This document shows, one piece after another, positions 12,257 through 25,017 of a stretch of 64,000 bases of DNA. Position numbers and translations under genes: made by a program. The notes beneath the pieces were generated by a model. The model searched no databases, had not been told where the DNA came from, and saw nothing but the letters and a program-made list of their open reading frames with translations. Origin of the DNA: Amphiscolops sp. MND2022 (lineage: Eukaryota); contig OZ076409.1 of the NCBI GenBank assembly GCA_964187785.1, positions 54,312,001 to 54,376,000 on the forward strand, given 5' to 3'. Positions within the stretch are counted from its first letter, which is position 1; each line of letters starts with the position of its first letter.

Positions 12257-12518
12257 CTGTCTCATAGCGAAGTGTGAATGAGTCATATGGGTGTGGGAAG
12301 GAGAGGAGTAGCTCTGGTCTTCGTTGGACACGGATCTACGGATGGCCACTGACTGGCTCGCAATCCCCTGGCCACCCTCGAAGCTGAGACTGAACGACCC
12401 GGAGGCAGATTGTGGACAGTCCGCAGAGTATCCACTGTTCTGCTGGCTCGAGGGCAGATGAACCGGACCGTATTGGGTCGCAATCAAACCCATGGCCCCG
12501 ATAGCTCGGTGAGTTTTA
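12257..12518 (-). CDS. KCNB: Shab/Kv2 C-tail exon
   Basis: tatcag|TAAAAC...AGACAG|gttagg; 262 nt, phase 2 in and 0 out; frame of ORF 12143-12493. Confidence 0.8.
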
Positions 12519-12858
12519 CTGATAAAAATTTGACTAGTTTTAAGAATAACGGTTTTGCTAAACTCGACCGAATGTGTTGCAAAAACTATGAAAAAGCACC
12601 TAAATGAATGTTTTCATAACATCACAACGATTGCAAACTCCAAAATCAACCACAATTTTTGATATTGGAAATATTTTGTATAGTTTTACTTATTTTGAGA
12701 AAAAGTTTCTGAATCTTTCACTCCTCAAGAATGCTTTGGAATAAATTATTATTCAGCATAGATACAATTCGTCTAAATTAGAATGAAACTAACAATTTTT
12801 TCAATCAACTAAAAATTTAGAGAACTAAACGGTCCATTTTAAACGCGTGACATTTTAC

Positions 12859-13099
12859 CTGATTGACAAAACGTCGCCTGATTGAGAATTAGCGATACTT
12901 GATTGGCTGACGATTGAGCCGAAGCTCTGTCTACTGGCACCCGAGTCGGAACCCGAGCGTCCCCATTCGGATGAACGCCCGACTCGTTGTAAGTTGAGTT
13001 CGCTGTGACCTCTAAGAGTGCTGCTCCCTCGTCTGAGAAGCAAGTTCTTCAGACTACTGCTTCTGGGTGTCACACAACTTCGAGCGGAGCGGGCGCTTG
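12859..13099 (-). CDS. KCNB: Shab/Kv2 C-tail exon (Ser/Arg-rich)
   Basis: ttttcag|CAAGC...ATCAG|gtaaaa; 241 nt, phase 1 in and 2 out; GC-richer than flanks; part of ORF 12855-13160. Confidence 0.8.
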
Positions 13100-13711
13100 C
13101 TGAAAACAAACACGAGGGGGGATGATAACCAATATGAAAGATTTTTCGACGCCAACGCAATCACTTCCAAGAATTATATCGTTGAACATAATCATCAACA
13201 AGTATCAAGCAAGGAATCCAAAATTTAGTCAATCAAGTCTCAATCAATTCTTACGCGACAAGCGAACGGGGAGTTACTACTACGCCTTGATGAACTTTTC
13301 GTTCATCCAAAAAATGAAAAAAAAATGTTATCACTGGTACTTTTCTTGAAGGTATCAAAAAAATTACCAGCAAATTATACAAACTTTTAAAGCAGTATAA
13401 TACAATTTATTCTCGTGAAAATTTTCCAATAGAAATCTCAGTTCAAAAATTTCCAAGGACACATCAAAACTTCATAAATCTGATCAATTTTGAACAAATA
13501 TATTATGACTAGTTATACGTCCACTGATTCTAGCAGTTGGATAGTATTTCAAAAAAAACTTGAAGCAGCTGTCAAGTAGTAACTTTTAATGCCGCACTCA
13601 TGAATCATTGAAGTTAACGGGAGGAGAAAGGACAAGTAAACAGGTGGATCTACTCGTGATGAATGCAGGCTAATCAAACTACCAACGCCGTGGTAAGACA
13701 GGCATACTTAC

Positions 13712-13750
13712 TTGTTCTGCGAACTTTCAATTTTTCTTTTGCAGCTTCGG
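13712..13750 (-). CDS. KCNB: Shab/Kv2 candidate 39-nt micro-exon
   Basis: tttcag|CCGAAG...AACAA|gtaagt; phase 1/1; xEAAKEKLKVRRT; strong consensus donor; frame-compatible with both neighbours. Confidence 0.6.
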
Positions 13751-15861
13751 CTGAAACGAGAAACCAAAGTAGCTCGCTAATCTACCAATAGAAACAAAGT
13801 TTTCCATGAAAATGATGAATGAAAAAACATGCAAAAGTGATGCAATTTGTGGAAAAATTGGCACAACATCTGCAAAATTCTGAAGTTTTGAGTCAGGAGT
13901 TTGATTGTAGGCGGTATATAAAACTGAGATGTGCGCTGCATTATTGTACATAGCAAACGCGGTCGTGGAGGCACCAAAAAACTGACAAAAATTGAGGAAA
14001 TAAAATTCCGATGAAAATTTTCCATTTTGGATAGCTTTGCTGGAATGACTTTCAGCCGCTTTTGTCAGTTTCTAAAAAAAGTCCAAGTCGATTTGATATT
14101 ATGTATTTTTTCTGTATTTCATGGAAAAGTCTATGGTGGAAGTGTTTTTGATAACTGGTGGGTTCAATCATTGAAAGATATCAGTCAAGTCTATGCTTTA
14201 TTTTCAGGTAGGGCTTGACATCGTCTTATCTGAAACATCCAAAGTCATACCAACAAACATCTGAAACATCAATGCCACTTAGCTTGTCTTTCCTAAACAT
14301 AAGTTTGATTAAAAGTGCTAACGAATCAGTTCGAGAAAAGTGAAACAATAGCTTGTAAAACATCTACGAAAAGATGAAAAAACATATAAGAGTTGCCTTT
14401 GCTAATTCACTTATTGTCAGTCATGAAAACGAGAATAGAAATTTATTCTGAAAAATTATGTTCATATAATCGCCATTTAAACAGAAGAAAGGGGTTTGTT
14501 GATGAAAAGAGACAGCAAAGTGATTACAAGGTATAACAATTTTTCGCAGTGGCATTTGGCTGCGAGCTTCATTCAATTATCTCACAAAAGAACAGCAAAT
14601 CAAAGAAGTTGATGAAGAAACCATTCCCTTCTTAGCCTTTAAATTTAAAGACCGACGAGATAGTGGCGTGTATATACTCCCATTGGCCTTAAGCGGGTCC
14701 ACTAGTCGAGCCTGTTGCATGGATGCATGCAAGGATTTTTTAAAACCAGGAATTCTCAAGGGAAAATCTCAAGAAACTTCCATGCACCTGGAAAAAAATG
14801 ATTACCAGCTTTTTTCAATTTCGAACCTACTTTTGCTAAATTTTGAACATAGTTAGCATTTCAAGCTTCGATGTTTGGTAGTTTTTCAAACACTTCGTTT
14901 TTTTTTAACTTAGCAGTGAATTTCTAATTGGACCAATCAAATTTCTTGGATGAGCACTTTTTTGCATTTTGATTCTTCGAGGTGCCATGTTTTTTCTTGA
15001 TTATTACAGCATTTCTTATTCCGCAGTGAAATGATGATATGGGAGAGTCATTTCTGTGCAAATCAAATCGCGAGCCGATGCAGATTTCAGATTTTCAAAA
15101 TCGCCATGATACTTTAACTTACCTGGTCTCGACAAAAACTTGAAGTTATCTAAAACTTTTTATGATGATAAAACTGTCTTTGATGTTGATTTTGGTGGTT
15201 TTTTCAACTCGCAGATAAACCTGAAATCAAATACTTTTTTGCAATTGATTTTTCGTAACGTGAATTCTATTTTCAATTTGTATTGATATCAAACACTTTG
15301 AATATTGAATTATACTAATTGCGTTGGACATTTTTGCGTATTTCTCCAGCAAATTTCAACTGTTTTCAAACTAAGAGACTAAATTTTTCGAGTTTTGATT
15401 GATTTGACAGATTCCTTGCAAGAAACTTGATGGAAAAAAATCGAAGAAACGCGAGCTTTTTAAACGTAAAAAAGTTTCCACTCATCATGATAATCCCATA
15501 TGACAAAAACATTGATAGTAAAAAATAATATATAGCCATAATCTTTTTTGTACTTTTATCAGCAAATCAGCCTCAGAAACAAATATATTCCCAAGTTTTT
15601 AGCACCAAGTTTTCTCGGACTGGATGGCTTTTCAATATTTCTAGTTTCTTTTACTGGAATTTCCCTATCATACTTCATCACTTTTATCATAGCTTTCCTT
15701 CGGAAGTTGAAAAACAAAACGAGAGCCAATTTAATTGTTCCATATTACGTTATCACATGTTTTTGAAACATCTTTTCTCTATTGCAAATCTAGCCCTAGT
15801 TCCCCAAGAGAAAATGCACGGTTTTTGCAAAGCAGTTTTTGAAAAAGACTTCAATACTTAC

Positions 15862-16000
15862 AAAGACCAGCTGAGCTAAGGATGGCGTCCAAGAATGTTT
15901 CGGTGCGTGAGGATGCATCCCAGTTGATTGACTGCAGACTCCCGTCTTTCTTGGCTTTCTCCATCACCGCCCTTCGCTTTGCAGCTTTCTCTCTTCGTTT
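15862..16000 (-). CDS. KCNB: Shab/Kv2 exon (proximal C-terminus)
   Basis: tacag|AAACGA...CTTT|gtaagt; 139 nt; KRREKAAKRRAVMEKAKKDGSLQSINW, like Kv2 [24 protein letters not shown]. Confidence 0.92.
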
Positions 16001-16011
16001 CTGTAAATTTA

Positions 16012-16440
16012 GTACCAAATTTGAGTAACCTTCACTTTTTACTTTTTATGCTGATTTCGTTTTTTTTAAATTTTCCATCAATGGATTGGAATTCCACCAA
16101 TTTCATATGGGAAAAAATACTAATTGAGCTGCGCATTTATATATTTTAACAGGTTCCAATTTTATACCTTAATGATAAAAGTCTTCCACAGAAATTAACC
16201 AATATAAAAATAAACTCTCAGCATACGTATTGCGAAGAAGTTTGAGCATTGTATTGGAAAAAATGCAGCCAAAAGGTATAACAAAAAAGCCAAAAATGCC
16301 AAAATTTTCCACCATTTTACTTTTTAAAGCAAATTTTGTACCCTTTTTGAATATTTTTGTGGATATGAGCAGCCACAGAGTTCGAAAACAAGAAGCCACC
16401 TGAGCAGCAGTAAACTTTTTGCAACTATTTCAGCAACGAC
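16012..16440 (+). repeat. Dispersed repeat, second copy at about 19768-20140
   Basis: GTACCAAATTTGAGT(A/T)ACCTTCACTTTTTA... shared; ORFs 15928 and 19738 are similar. Confidence 0.7.
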
Positions 16441-18206
16441 ACACTTTTAGGGTTCGAGCGTAGCCGGTTGTCACATCATCGACCGTCATTGATAAAGAGA
16501 TAGAAACTTGTTTACCAACAAGCGGTAACAAAGCCAGACTGTACTGTTGTTTCTATTTATATTCATATATTGTACTGATATATATTTGGTCGTTATCCGA
16601 TTTTTAATAAGAATACATATTTAGTAAGCACGGATTTGCAAAAAAACGAGGAACTGAAAGTTTGGAAACTATTTGGTTCGTCTTGTTTCATATGTGAAGA
16701 AAGTTCTTTGCACAAAATTATGCTAGAAAGCTAATTCCATTGTTGTTGAGTGATGTGGAAACTCGTACATACAAAAACATCCATAATTGTACAATTTTCA
16801 CAAAAAACGTTGAAAAATTTGAAAGTTTGTTAATTCTTTGTTCATTTTACACATTTTTTGAAACAAATGCTCCAAGTGTCTGTAGCAAGCCGTCGCACAA
16901 GCTTTCAAATGAAACTTCATGGCTGTCAATTAAGTTTTAATACAGATACAGACTATATTCAGCCCAACAAAACATCATGTTCGTCTATACAAGAGTATGC
17001 TAAGCCGCTAATTGCTTTGTTGTCGACCTCTCTAGATACTCATGCTAACGAAAACAGCCGAAATTTGCGAACCATTTGCACAAAACAATCGATGGTTGTG
17101 AAACTGTATAAGAGAATTCCTTTCCCTTTAGGACTGTGTGGAGTCCGGAAAAGCAGTTCTGTATTCTATAAAATGGATTCTACAGGGTTCGCATGTTTAA
17201 AACATACCGTGTTTTAAACGCGTTTTAAACAGAGTTTTAAACTTGACAAAAACCTACATTTTGTTCAATTGTTTTTTTCAGTTATAGATATTTTCAAGTT
17301 CCTAAAATCGCTGGTAATCTTGGGTAATTTGGCGGAAGACATCAAGAAATTTCCCGATGCCTCTTAGCTTTTATACGAAGTTCGGCAGGCTTGGAACCAA
17401 TTTTCAGCATCCTGGGCTTCGTCCACAATCAAACACGAAATCGACTCTGAATTGAAAAAGCTAACGAACTTGCTTTCTGTCTTCGCATACTGCAGTGAAC
17501 TCAGTTTTTATGTCGTTTAGTGTTAGACATATTTATGTGATGTTGATCGTTTCAAAAAGTTCGCGAGATTAAAACTAATTAATTCGTTAATGACGTAATC
17601 CATTGGTCTGAATAATCTTATCTATTGGACTATAGATTTAAAAAACTAAAGATTCAGCAAATTGAGTTCGTACCCGTATTGAGACTCCATTCAATCCCAT
17701 CGATGGCCATCGCAACTCTTTCAGATGGGCATCGATTGCCATCGATGGGATTTGAATTATCGCCCAGCGCATGGGGGCACTTGTGGAGCATTTTAGGTTT
17801 AAATATGTCTAATTTTACCTACGCTCATTTCCTTTTGAGCCTGAGTAAGCTTCCTCGAGCCTGAAAATCACTTATTTCGGAGCCTTGCCCTTGAAGTGTT
17901 TGAAAAACAACTGAAAAACTTGACAAAATTGCAAATATTCGCATGAAATTGCAACGGAATCAAACGCCCATTGCTGAAAAAATCATCTGCTTGTAAGAAA
18001 AAATATCTGAAATGGGCAGAAAATTGACTCTCAAAATACGTTTTTGTATCAAAAATTTTGGTATTTTTCCTTGGAAAATCAACAGAATCCGGTTTTTCAC
18101 AAAGATAAAAAAACGGATAACTAAATATAACTTCATTTCCGAATAAAATATTTGGTCATCCTCGAAATCCCAAACAAAACAGCTTGAATAGACTGAAAAA
18201 CTTAAA

Positions 18207-19145
18207 GGGAGACAGGAATTCGGACTAATGAAATAGAACTAATAATCAAAACTGAAATAGGACTAATGGAAATAGGACTAATTCTTTTTTAGTGCCGCCT
18301 TAGAACTAATGGAAATAGGACTAATTGAAATAGGACTAAAACAACTTTTGGCACGGAAAATTTGCAATTAAGTAGATCAAATTGACAAAATCACGACATG
18401 TTCATTTGTAAACATCCAACATAAAAATGGTACAACAAAAAAAACGCAGAAGAGGATAAAAACATGGTGCAAAATTCAAATTGAAAACGTGGAACATAAA
18501 AATAGGAAATGACACCTATACCTCAATGAAAGTAGTACAAAAGTAACTTAATACAATTGATCAACATAAAATTAATACAATCATTATTTTTTTTCTTCCA
18601 TTGATTTTATAAAAGTGTCAGATCTCAAATCATTTCATTCAAGAATAAAATTTTACCTTTCGTGAATGTCTCACAAAATTTTCAGAACTGTCCCCTTCTA
18701 AATTCGGGGAAAATTCGGTGTATGCACGCTCGCCCTCACCGTCGCAAAGACCAGCTCCCACTACGATCGCTTCGCGATCTCCGTTCCCGCTAGGTCTTTG
18801 CTCCTGTGCTCCTGTTCGACCTAGCTTAGCAAGATGAGAACATAAGCGGCCCCAAGGGGCCGCGGGCACTAGAGGAAATGGGGAAATATCAAAGGCACGT
18901 TTTATACTTTGAAAAACTTTAGATATTATTCCTTTAGATACTATTCCGTTCTCCCCTTGGGTCTCATTCCGCATTTTAGGTCTTATTCCCACTCTTTTTA
19001 GTTCCAATTTCCGTAACAAATTAGTTCTAATTCCTGTTTGAGAAAATACGAAATTAGTTCTATTCCACATGAACGTTTCAGAAATTTTGAGCATGTTAGT
19101 CCTAATTCCATTAGTTCAATTTCTTTAGTCCGATTTCCGTTTCCC
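18207..19145. mobile_element. MITE with GGAAATAGGACTAA subterminal repeats
   Basis: GGGAGACAGGAATTCGGACTAA at left and TTAGTCCGATTTCCGTTTCCC at right; repeats point inward. Confidence 0.6.
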
Positions 19146-20809
19146 CAAACTTGAATGGCGAGAGTTTTGCTGAATATTTTGAACATGGCCAAGTCACACG
19201 AACTTTTTTGATCGAAAATTTCAATTCCCATCGATGGGATCATCATTAGAAAAACCTCATCGATGCCCATCTGACGCTTGATTCGTTCTGTGAGTACAGA
19301 TTTTCCACCCAATTTCAATCTTTTCTGTCTGTCAGACCGCCTAAGACCTCGCTTCAGGATTCCTCTAAGTGTTGACTCGGAAATTGAGAAAATCCGAGCA
19401 ATTGCTGAGTTTGCATAATACGGTTCTGCATCTTTAAAATGGTATATCAATTTTGCAAGGGCGTTAGATGCGCGTTTGCCTCGCGTGGTTGCAAAAATCG
19501 ATGCGATAGCATCGCTTGCGAAAATACTGGTGCCTAGTCTCGCGAACTTTTTGAAACGATCTATAGATCTAGAGTTTTAACATGTTTCAAACAAAAGACT
19601 TTAATGTTTCAAACGTTTTAGACTCAATTTTTTCAAAATCTTGTTTTCTTTCCGAACCCTGGCATTCTATAAAAATCACTCCCCACAGCAAGCAACGGTA
19701 ACATTTTACAATCAAGATGGTCTGCTTGAAGCTGTGATTGCGAACTGATATTCCGAATTCGGTACCAAATTTGAGTTACCTTCACTTTTTAGTTTTTATG
19801 CTTATTTCGTTTTTTAAAAAATTTTCCACCAACATGTTCATATGCGAAAAGAAATTACTAATTGAGCTGCGTATTTATACACTTTGCCAGGTTCTAATTT
19901 TATACCCTAATGATAGGTCTTCTACAGAAATCAACCGACATAAAATTAAACTTTTAGCATATGTATTTGCGAAGAAGTTTGAACTTTATATATTGGAAAA
20001 ATACTTTCAAAAAGTGTAACAAAAAAGCCAAAAATGCAGCAAAAAGTATGAAAGCTCGCCATCGCTATTTTTCATGCTTGTTTTTACGACATGAGTTATT
20101 TGCGACGACTTTGCTCATGACCCAACAATACACACTTGAGGGAAATCGGAAATTTATTTCAACAGCAGTCTAATGCTCTAAACAATTCATTTTGATCCAC
20201 AAAAAAGTGAAAATTAGATCATCTCTGGACCATACACACAGAAATGTCCAAAGCGTGTATGGAAACGGCAAAAAACGTTAGAAACTTGATTTCAGTGGTT
20301 TATTAAAGCAGTTCTGAGTAAAACCTTTTTCAATTCGTTTCCAAAAAGTACGCTAAGTAGCCAAATTTTTTTTGTGAACATCCTTGGGAAACACCCGAAC
20401 GTTAGACAAAACAGGCAAAGTCAAAATATTTTTGATGAATCTTTGATTAGTTTCGCGCTGTTTGCTGATTGGAAAAGAGGAATGTTTCCCCTAAACAATT
20501 TTATAAGGAGCGAACAGCTGTGTTGTCAAACTCTGGGTTATCATAGCCTCGAAAAGCGAATAATATACAAAGATAGCGTAAACAGTTGAAACTATTTGGC
20601 ATTCTCTGTTGTTCTTTTTTGTAGATTGCGGAGTCATTTTCTTGTAAAAAAATTCTCGTATTTCTCTCGAAAAGTTGGCAATGGATTTTTTGAACTATGT
20701 GAAATATAATCCCTGCCAAAATACCCATTTTTTTCAAAAGAAGATGGTTTTCGCTGTGATTGTCGATAGCCACAAAAACATTCAAAACAGCATAAACTTG
20801 TTAAAAAAA

Positions 20810-20985
20810 GTACCATGAAAATTAACAGCATTCCGTTTTTGCAAGAACGCAATGCTGTTAATTTTCATGGTACGAAAAGAAAGATTCAGTAAGTGTAAAG
20901 ATATCAATTTCGTTGGAAAAAGTGCCCATGGGCACTTTTTTCAACGAAATTGATATCTTTACAGTTACTGAATCTTTCTTTTCGT
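20810..20985. repeat. Double hairpin (64 bp + 114 bp)
   Basis: GTACCATGAAAATTAACAGCATT...AATGCTGTTAATTTTCATGGTAC (20810-20873), then ACGAAAAGAAAGATTCAG...GTGCCCATGGGCAC...CTGAATCTTTCTTTTCGT (20872-20985). Confidence 0.88.
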
Positions 20986-21678
20986 CGTTGAACTGTGTGG
21001 AAGAAGCTCTCTTTTTTGAGTATAAAAATAAAACATTTGAAATTTAAAAGCAGGAAGATCAGTTTATTTCGCCACTTGGAATTTGGCGGGAAATGCATTT
21101 TTCTCTTCTGCCACATTTTTTTCTCTATCACAAAATGAACAATTAATTATTGCGGAGTATGAAAAAATTTTTTAAGATGTTGAAAGGTTTTTGGGGAGTT
21201 CTGTAAGATGCGTTTTTTTGGAAATTGATTTTTTCCTTTGAGTGAAAATCGATAGAAACAAAAACCATTTTCATTTTTCACGTGCAAAACTTCTTTAATC
21301 CTTCGTACTTTTTCTTCTTTTTGCTTTCAAATCTGATAGCAAATACCGATGAAACAGCCGAAGTATTGAAGACTTTTGGCGCAAGTAATTTCTGAGGGGT
21401 TGGCAAGGGTTCATTTTACGGGAAATCCCACCAAGTTCAAACGTTGTTCTTCCAATGTTTCTATCATTTTTCCTTCAAATTTTTTGCAGCGCTTTTTTCA
21501 ATGTAATACTTCTTTGGACTTGTTTTTAGTTTTTAAAGTGACCGATGATTGAATCTAACGTAAGTGCTCCCACCGGAAAATTTCGATGTTCTTCATGAAA
21601 CGCAATGTGAAGCATATTTTTTCATTTGTGGTTTGCAGCTTTGTTGGGAAATCTCAAATAAACTTTGTTTTCGAATAA

Positions 21679-22426
21679 ACAAGCCGGGACCGTCCCAAGT
21701 CAGCGCCATGTCCAAGGCTCAAAAATAGCAAAAAGACTTCCAAGTGTCAAGTATTCTCTTTTAAAGTACTCGAAAATCGAAAATTTCTCGAGAAAAAATT
21801 TTTCGAAAAAATTACATACTCAAAAAAATGAACCGAGTGGCGCGCCGGGGCCCGCTAGCGCGAGCCCCTGGCGCGGTAAAAGGGGGACACTATCGAAATT
21901 GTTAACATTTTTGTCGCAGTTGAAGGGGGGACCCTTCGGAGAAAAAACAAATTTTCGAAAAAAATCTCAGTGCCGAAAAACTGAAAGGGGGACCCTTTGG
22001 GATTTTAAACACCCAAACTGTTGTAAAATATCAAAGAAATTGAAGGGGGACCCTTTGGAGAGAAAAAACTTTTGAAAAAAAAGTCTCACAATGCCGAAAA
22101 ACTGAAAGGGGGGACCCTTTGGCTTTTTCACCATCTGACGCATTCTGACGCAAAACAGCAAAAAAAATTGAAGGGGGGACCCTTTGGGGAAATTTTTTTT
22201 TCGTAAAAAAGTCACAGTGCCAAAAAAATGAAAGGGGGACCCTTTGGTCTCGCCCGGTATGGTATGTTACGCGGAAAAACCTTTTTGGTTCAGTTCGCTA
22301 GGCCAAATTGTGCAATTTGGTGCAATAATATTTTGTAGAACTCTTAAGAACTATTTTGGTCTGTTCGTGTGGATAGAAAACAAGAGTCACTATAATCGTC
22401 GCGTTTCACTTCATGAAGCGCCGACT
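21679..22426 (-). mobile_element. Helentron/DINE-1-like non-autonomous element (family member)
   Basis: Ends ACAAGCCGGGAC... and ...GCGCCGACT; internal GGGGGACCC repeats. Confidence 0.65.
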
Positions 22427-22539
22427 GAAAAACGGAAACCTACTGTTTGCTTCGAAGACTTGACGTCTTTTTCTGGGAGCGGCAGTAACGAATTGAAACT
22501 TGTTTTTTCCTGCAAAAGTTCAAATACGAACCACGACTG

Positions 22540-22657
22540 TGTTATGAAAGTAAGTGCAATGAGTAATCGGTGTGAAATACAATGTTCAGTTATGTTTATA
22601 AAAATAACTGAACATTGCATTTCACACCGATTATTCATTGCACTTACTTGCATAACA
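22540..22657. repeat. 118-bp hairpin abutting the large palindrome
   Basis: TGTTATG..GTAAGTGCAATGA...TTCAGTTAT / ATAACTGAA...TCATTGCACTTAC..CATAACA. Confidence 0.88.
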
Positions 22658-22658
22658 T

Positions 22659-23674
22659 AAAAATGGAACTTTGTGGTAATGTAGTTCAATTCTCGAAGTT
22701 GTTTTACATTGAAATTATGAGTTGCGAAAGGGTGTTTTTGTTGTTCGAAGTTTTCGACAGCGTTGAAGGGATTCTCTCCCACTACTGAAATCAGAATTTC
22801 TTCCTGGTATGTCTTTAGTTAGCACAGTCACAGAAGTTTATCCAGCAGCAAACTTAATTTTCACAAAGACCAGTTTCCACGAATTTTGACATATCAGCCA
22901 GAATTCGTTCCTCAAGGCCGCTGTCACCGAGAAATCTATACATTCGTGTAAATTATTGATCTCAGACGTCACAAGTTCTCAGAGTGAATTCACCTCTTGG
23001 TCTTTCAGCTCTTGTTGTGTGGGGTTTGAAAAGAAAAATTTTGACTATATCAAAATAACTTTTTAAAATGACTTCAGCACAAGTACATTGATAACAAATC
23101 ATGACCTGGCTTATGATAAGGAAACAAAAAACTTCAGAAAACAAATTTTTAACGGCGCAATTAAGCAGATTTGACTGTAATGAAAATGTGCCAACCAATT
23201 ATGATAAGTATACTTATCATGATTGGTTGGCTCATTTTCATTACAATCAAATCTGCCTAATTGCGCCGTTAAAAATTTGCTCTCTGAAGTATTTTTGTTT
23301 TCGTTTCATGACCCAGTTCATGATTTGTTATCAATGTACTTGTGGTGAAGTCATTTTAAAAAGTAATTTTGTTATAGTCAAAATTTTTCTTTTCAAACCA
23401 CACTACGAGAGCTGAAAGAGCAAGAGGTGAATTCACTCTGAGAATTTGTGACGTCTGAGATCAACAATTTACACGAATGTATAGATTTCTCGGTGACAAC
23501 GGCCTTAAGGAAAGAATTCTGGCTGCTTTGTCAAAATTCGTGGAAACTGGTCTTTGTGAAAATGAAGTTTGCAGCTGGATATTGTTCTGTGATTGTGCTA
23601 ACTAAAGACATACCAGGAAGAAATTCTGATTTCAGCAGTGGGAGAGAATCCCTTCAACGCTGTGGAAAACTCCC

Positions 23675-23720
<46 letters not shown>

Positions 23721-23794
23721 CCCTTTCACAACTGATAAATTTTATGTAAAACGACTTCGAGAATTGAATTACATTACCACAAAGTTCCATTTTT
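22659..23794. repeat. Spacer-free palindrome (foldback) of about 1.13 kb
   Basis: Centre ATGATAAGTA|TACTTATCAT at 23210/23211; arms are reverse complements with scattered mismatches out to AAAAATGGAAC/GTTCCATTTTT. Confidence 0.92.
23674..23720 (+). repeat. (CAA)15 microsatellite
   Basis: Read directly from the sequence; lies in the right arm of the palindrome. Confidence 0.97.
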
Positions 23795-24749
23795 TAAATC
23801 ACCACCAGTCTTCGAAACGCCTGCCTGTATAGACGATACAATAATTGTAACGCGAGTCTCAAAACAACATGACAAGAAAAATGGAACGGCTACTTACTAA
23901 ACAACAAAACATCGAACACCGTTAAAATATTTTTGTATTTTTGAAAGAAACCCAATGGCTTGGACACAAGATGAAAGACCAGATTAAAGCCTGGACCAGT
24001 TCAGATGTTTCGTCTAGCTCATTATTTTTTGAAATAACCGATTGTACCGGTAACCAATAAGATATCCCAATTACTAAAGAAAAAGCTTCAAATCAGGGCA
24101 AATTGCGATTAATTGTATTAAAACATTTCAAAGGAACTTCAATCAATTTTAAAAAAAGTTCCATTCTTTCCAATTTCAAACATATGCCTAATAGTGCTGG
24201 AATGGTGGAAATTCGTTTGAAAACAGCACTGGTAACACGCATTTGTAAATTAATGTAACACAACTTTAGAAAACTAATATCACATTTTACCATCGATAAG
24301 GGCATCCTTTGAAGTCTTAAGAGTTCGGTTTTCCCCAACTTTTTCCGTTAACCGAATAAAACTTTTCAACCCAATAACATTTAATCAACCGGGTAACCGA
24401 TTAAGTAGTCAAGGCTCTAGATCAAAGTTAAAGTTGAAGCCTTCACGACAGTTAATTGCAAAAAAGCAGGAAAAACTATAACTTTTTAAATGGGCAATCA
24501 AAATTCATCAGAATAACCGGATCAAACCTGAAAGGAAAAAGGCGGTTTCCGAGCACGAAAGACTCCATTTGTGTCTTTTCGACACTCTTATATATGTGAG
24601 ATTTCGTTTAAAAAGCCATTCAGGTATATTTTTAAATAATTGTGACTTCAGATTGATAGAGAGCACAATTTTCAACTGAACGTATTACCTATTTCGTCAA
24701 AGGTTCTTGAATATTCTAGAACAATTCACGGTGACTTCAGCCTGCTTAC

Positions 24750-24883
24750 CTGCTCTCTGTAGAACTCGCTGAAGTTGTTGACTATGATGGGGATGGGCAA
24801 TGCGATGACGAGTACTCCACAGATGCAACACAAGGCACCCACTATTTTGCCCGAAAACGACTTCGGGAACACATCTCCATAAC
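24750..24883 (-). CDS. KCNB: Shab/Kv2 exon (GYGD filter, S6)
   Basis: tttag|GTTATGG...GAGCAG|gtaagc; 134 nt; [45 protein letters not shown] (PIP hinge and VNNFSEFY are typical of Kv2). Confidence 0.97.
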
Positions 24884-25017
24884 CTAAAATGCAGAAAACA
24901 ACATCATATAGAATATAAAATGCAGAAAACAACATCATATAGAATACAAGACGCCCGCTAAGCACCGGGATATTTTCCTCCCTTTTCGCCTTCATCACTT
25001 GAGCCATGGCTATTTTG

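Noticed and set aside
14577-14790. ORF 14577-14759 and a strong-looking acceptor near 14788 as a Kv2 tail exon
   Set aside because: The phase-1 join from exon 15862 gives a stop after about 10 codons, and I found no convincing donor; it could at most be an alternative terminal exon
16469-16630. Possible solo LTR starting TGTCAC
   Set aside because: No matching TSD or second copy in the window
18230-18345. Short periodic repeats (GGAAATAGGACTAA; also AAATTTCGTCGT at 27470-27545 and CATGGAT at 32660-32810) as CRISPR-like arrays
   Set aside because: There are no unique spacers of constant length and no cas genes; they are inward-facing subterminal repeats of eukaryotic MITEs
17695-19275. Inverted CCATCGATGGG motifs at 17695-17762 and 19215-19275 as ends of a larger element
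   Set aside because: The match is partial, and the termini and TSD could not be defined
23638-23832. Poly-Q and poly-T ORFs
   Set aside because: They are translations of the (CAA)15 microsatellite in a palindrome arm
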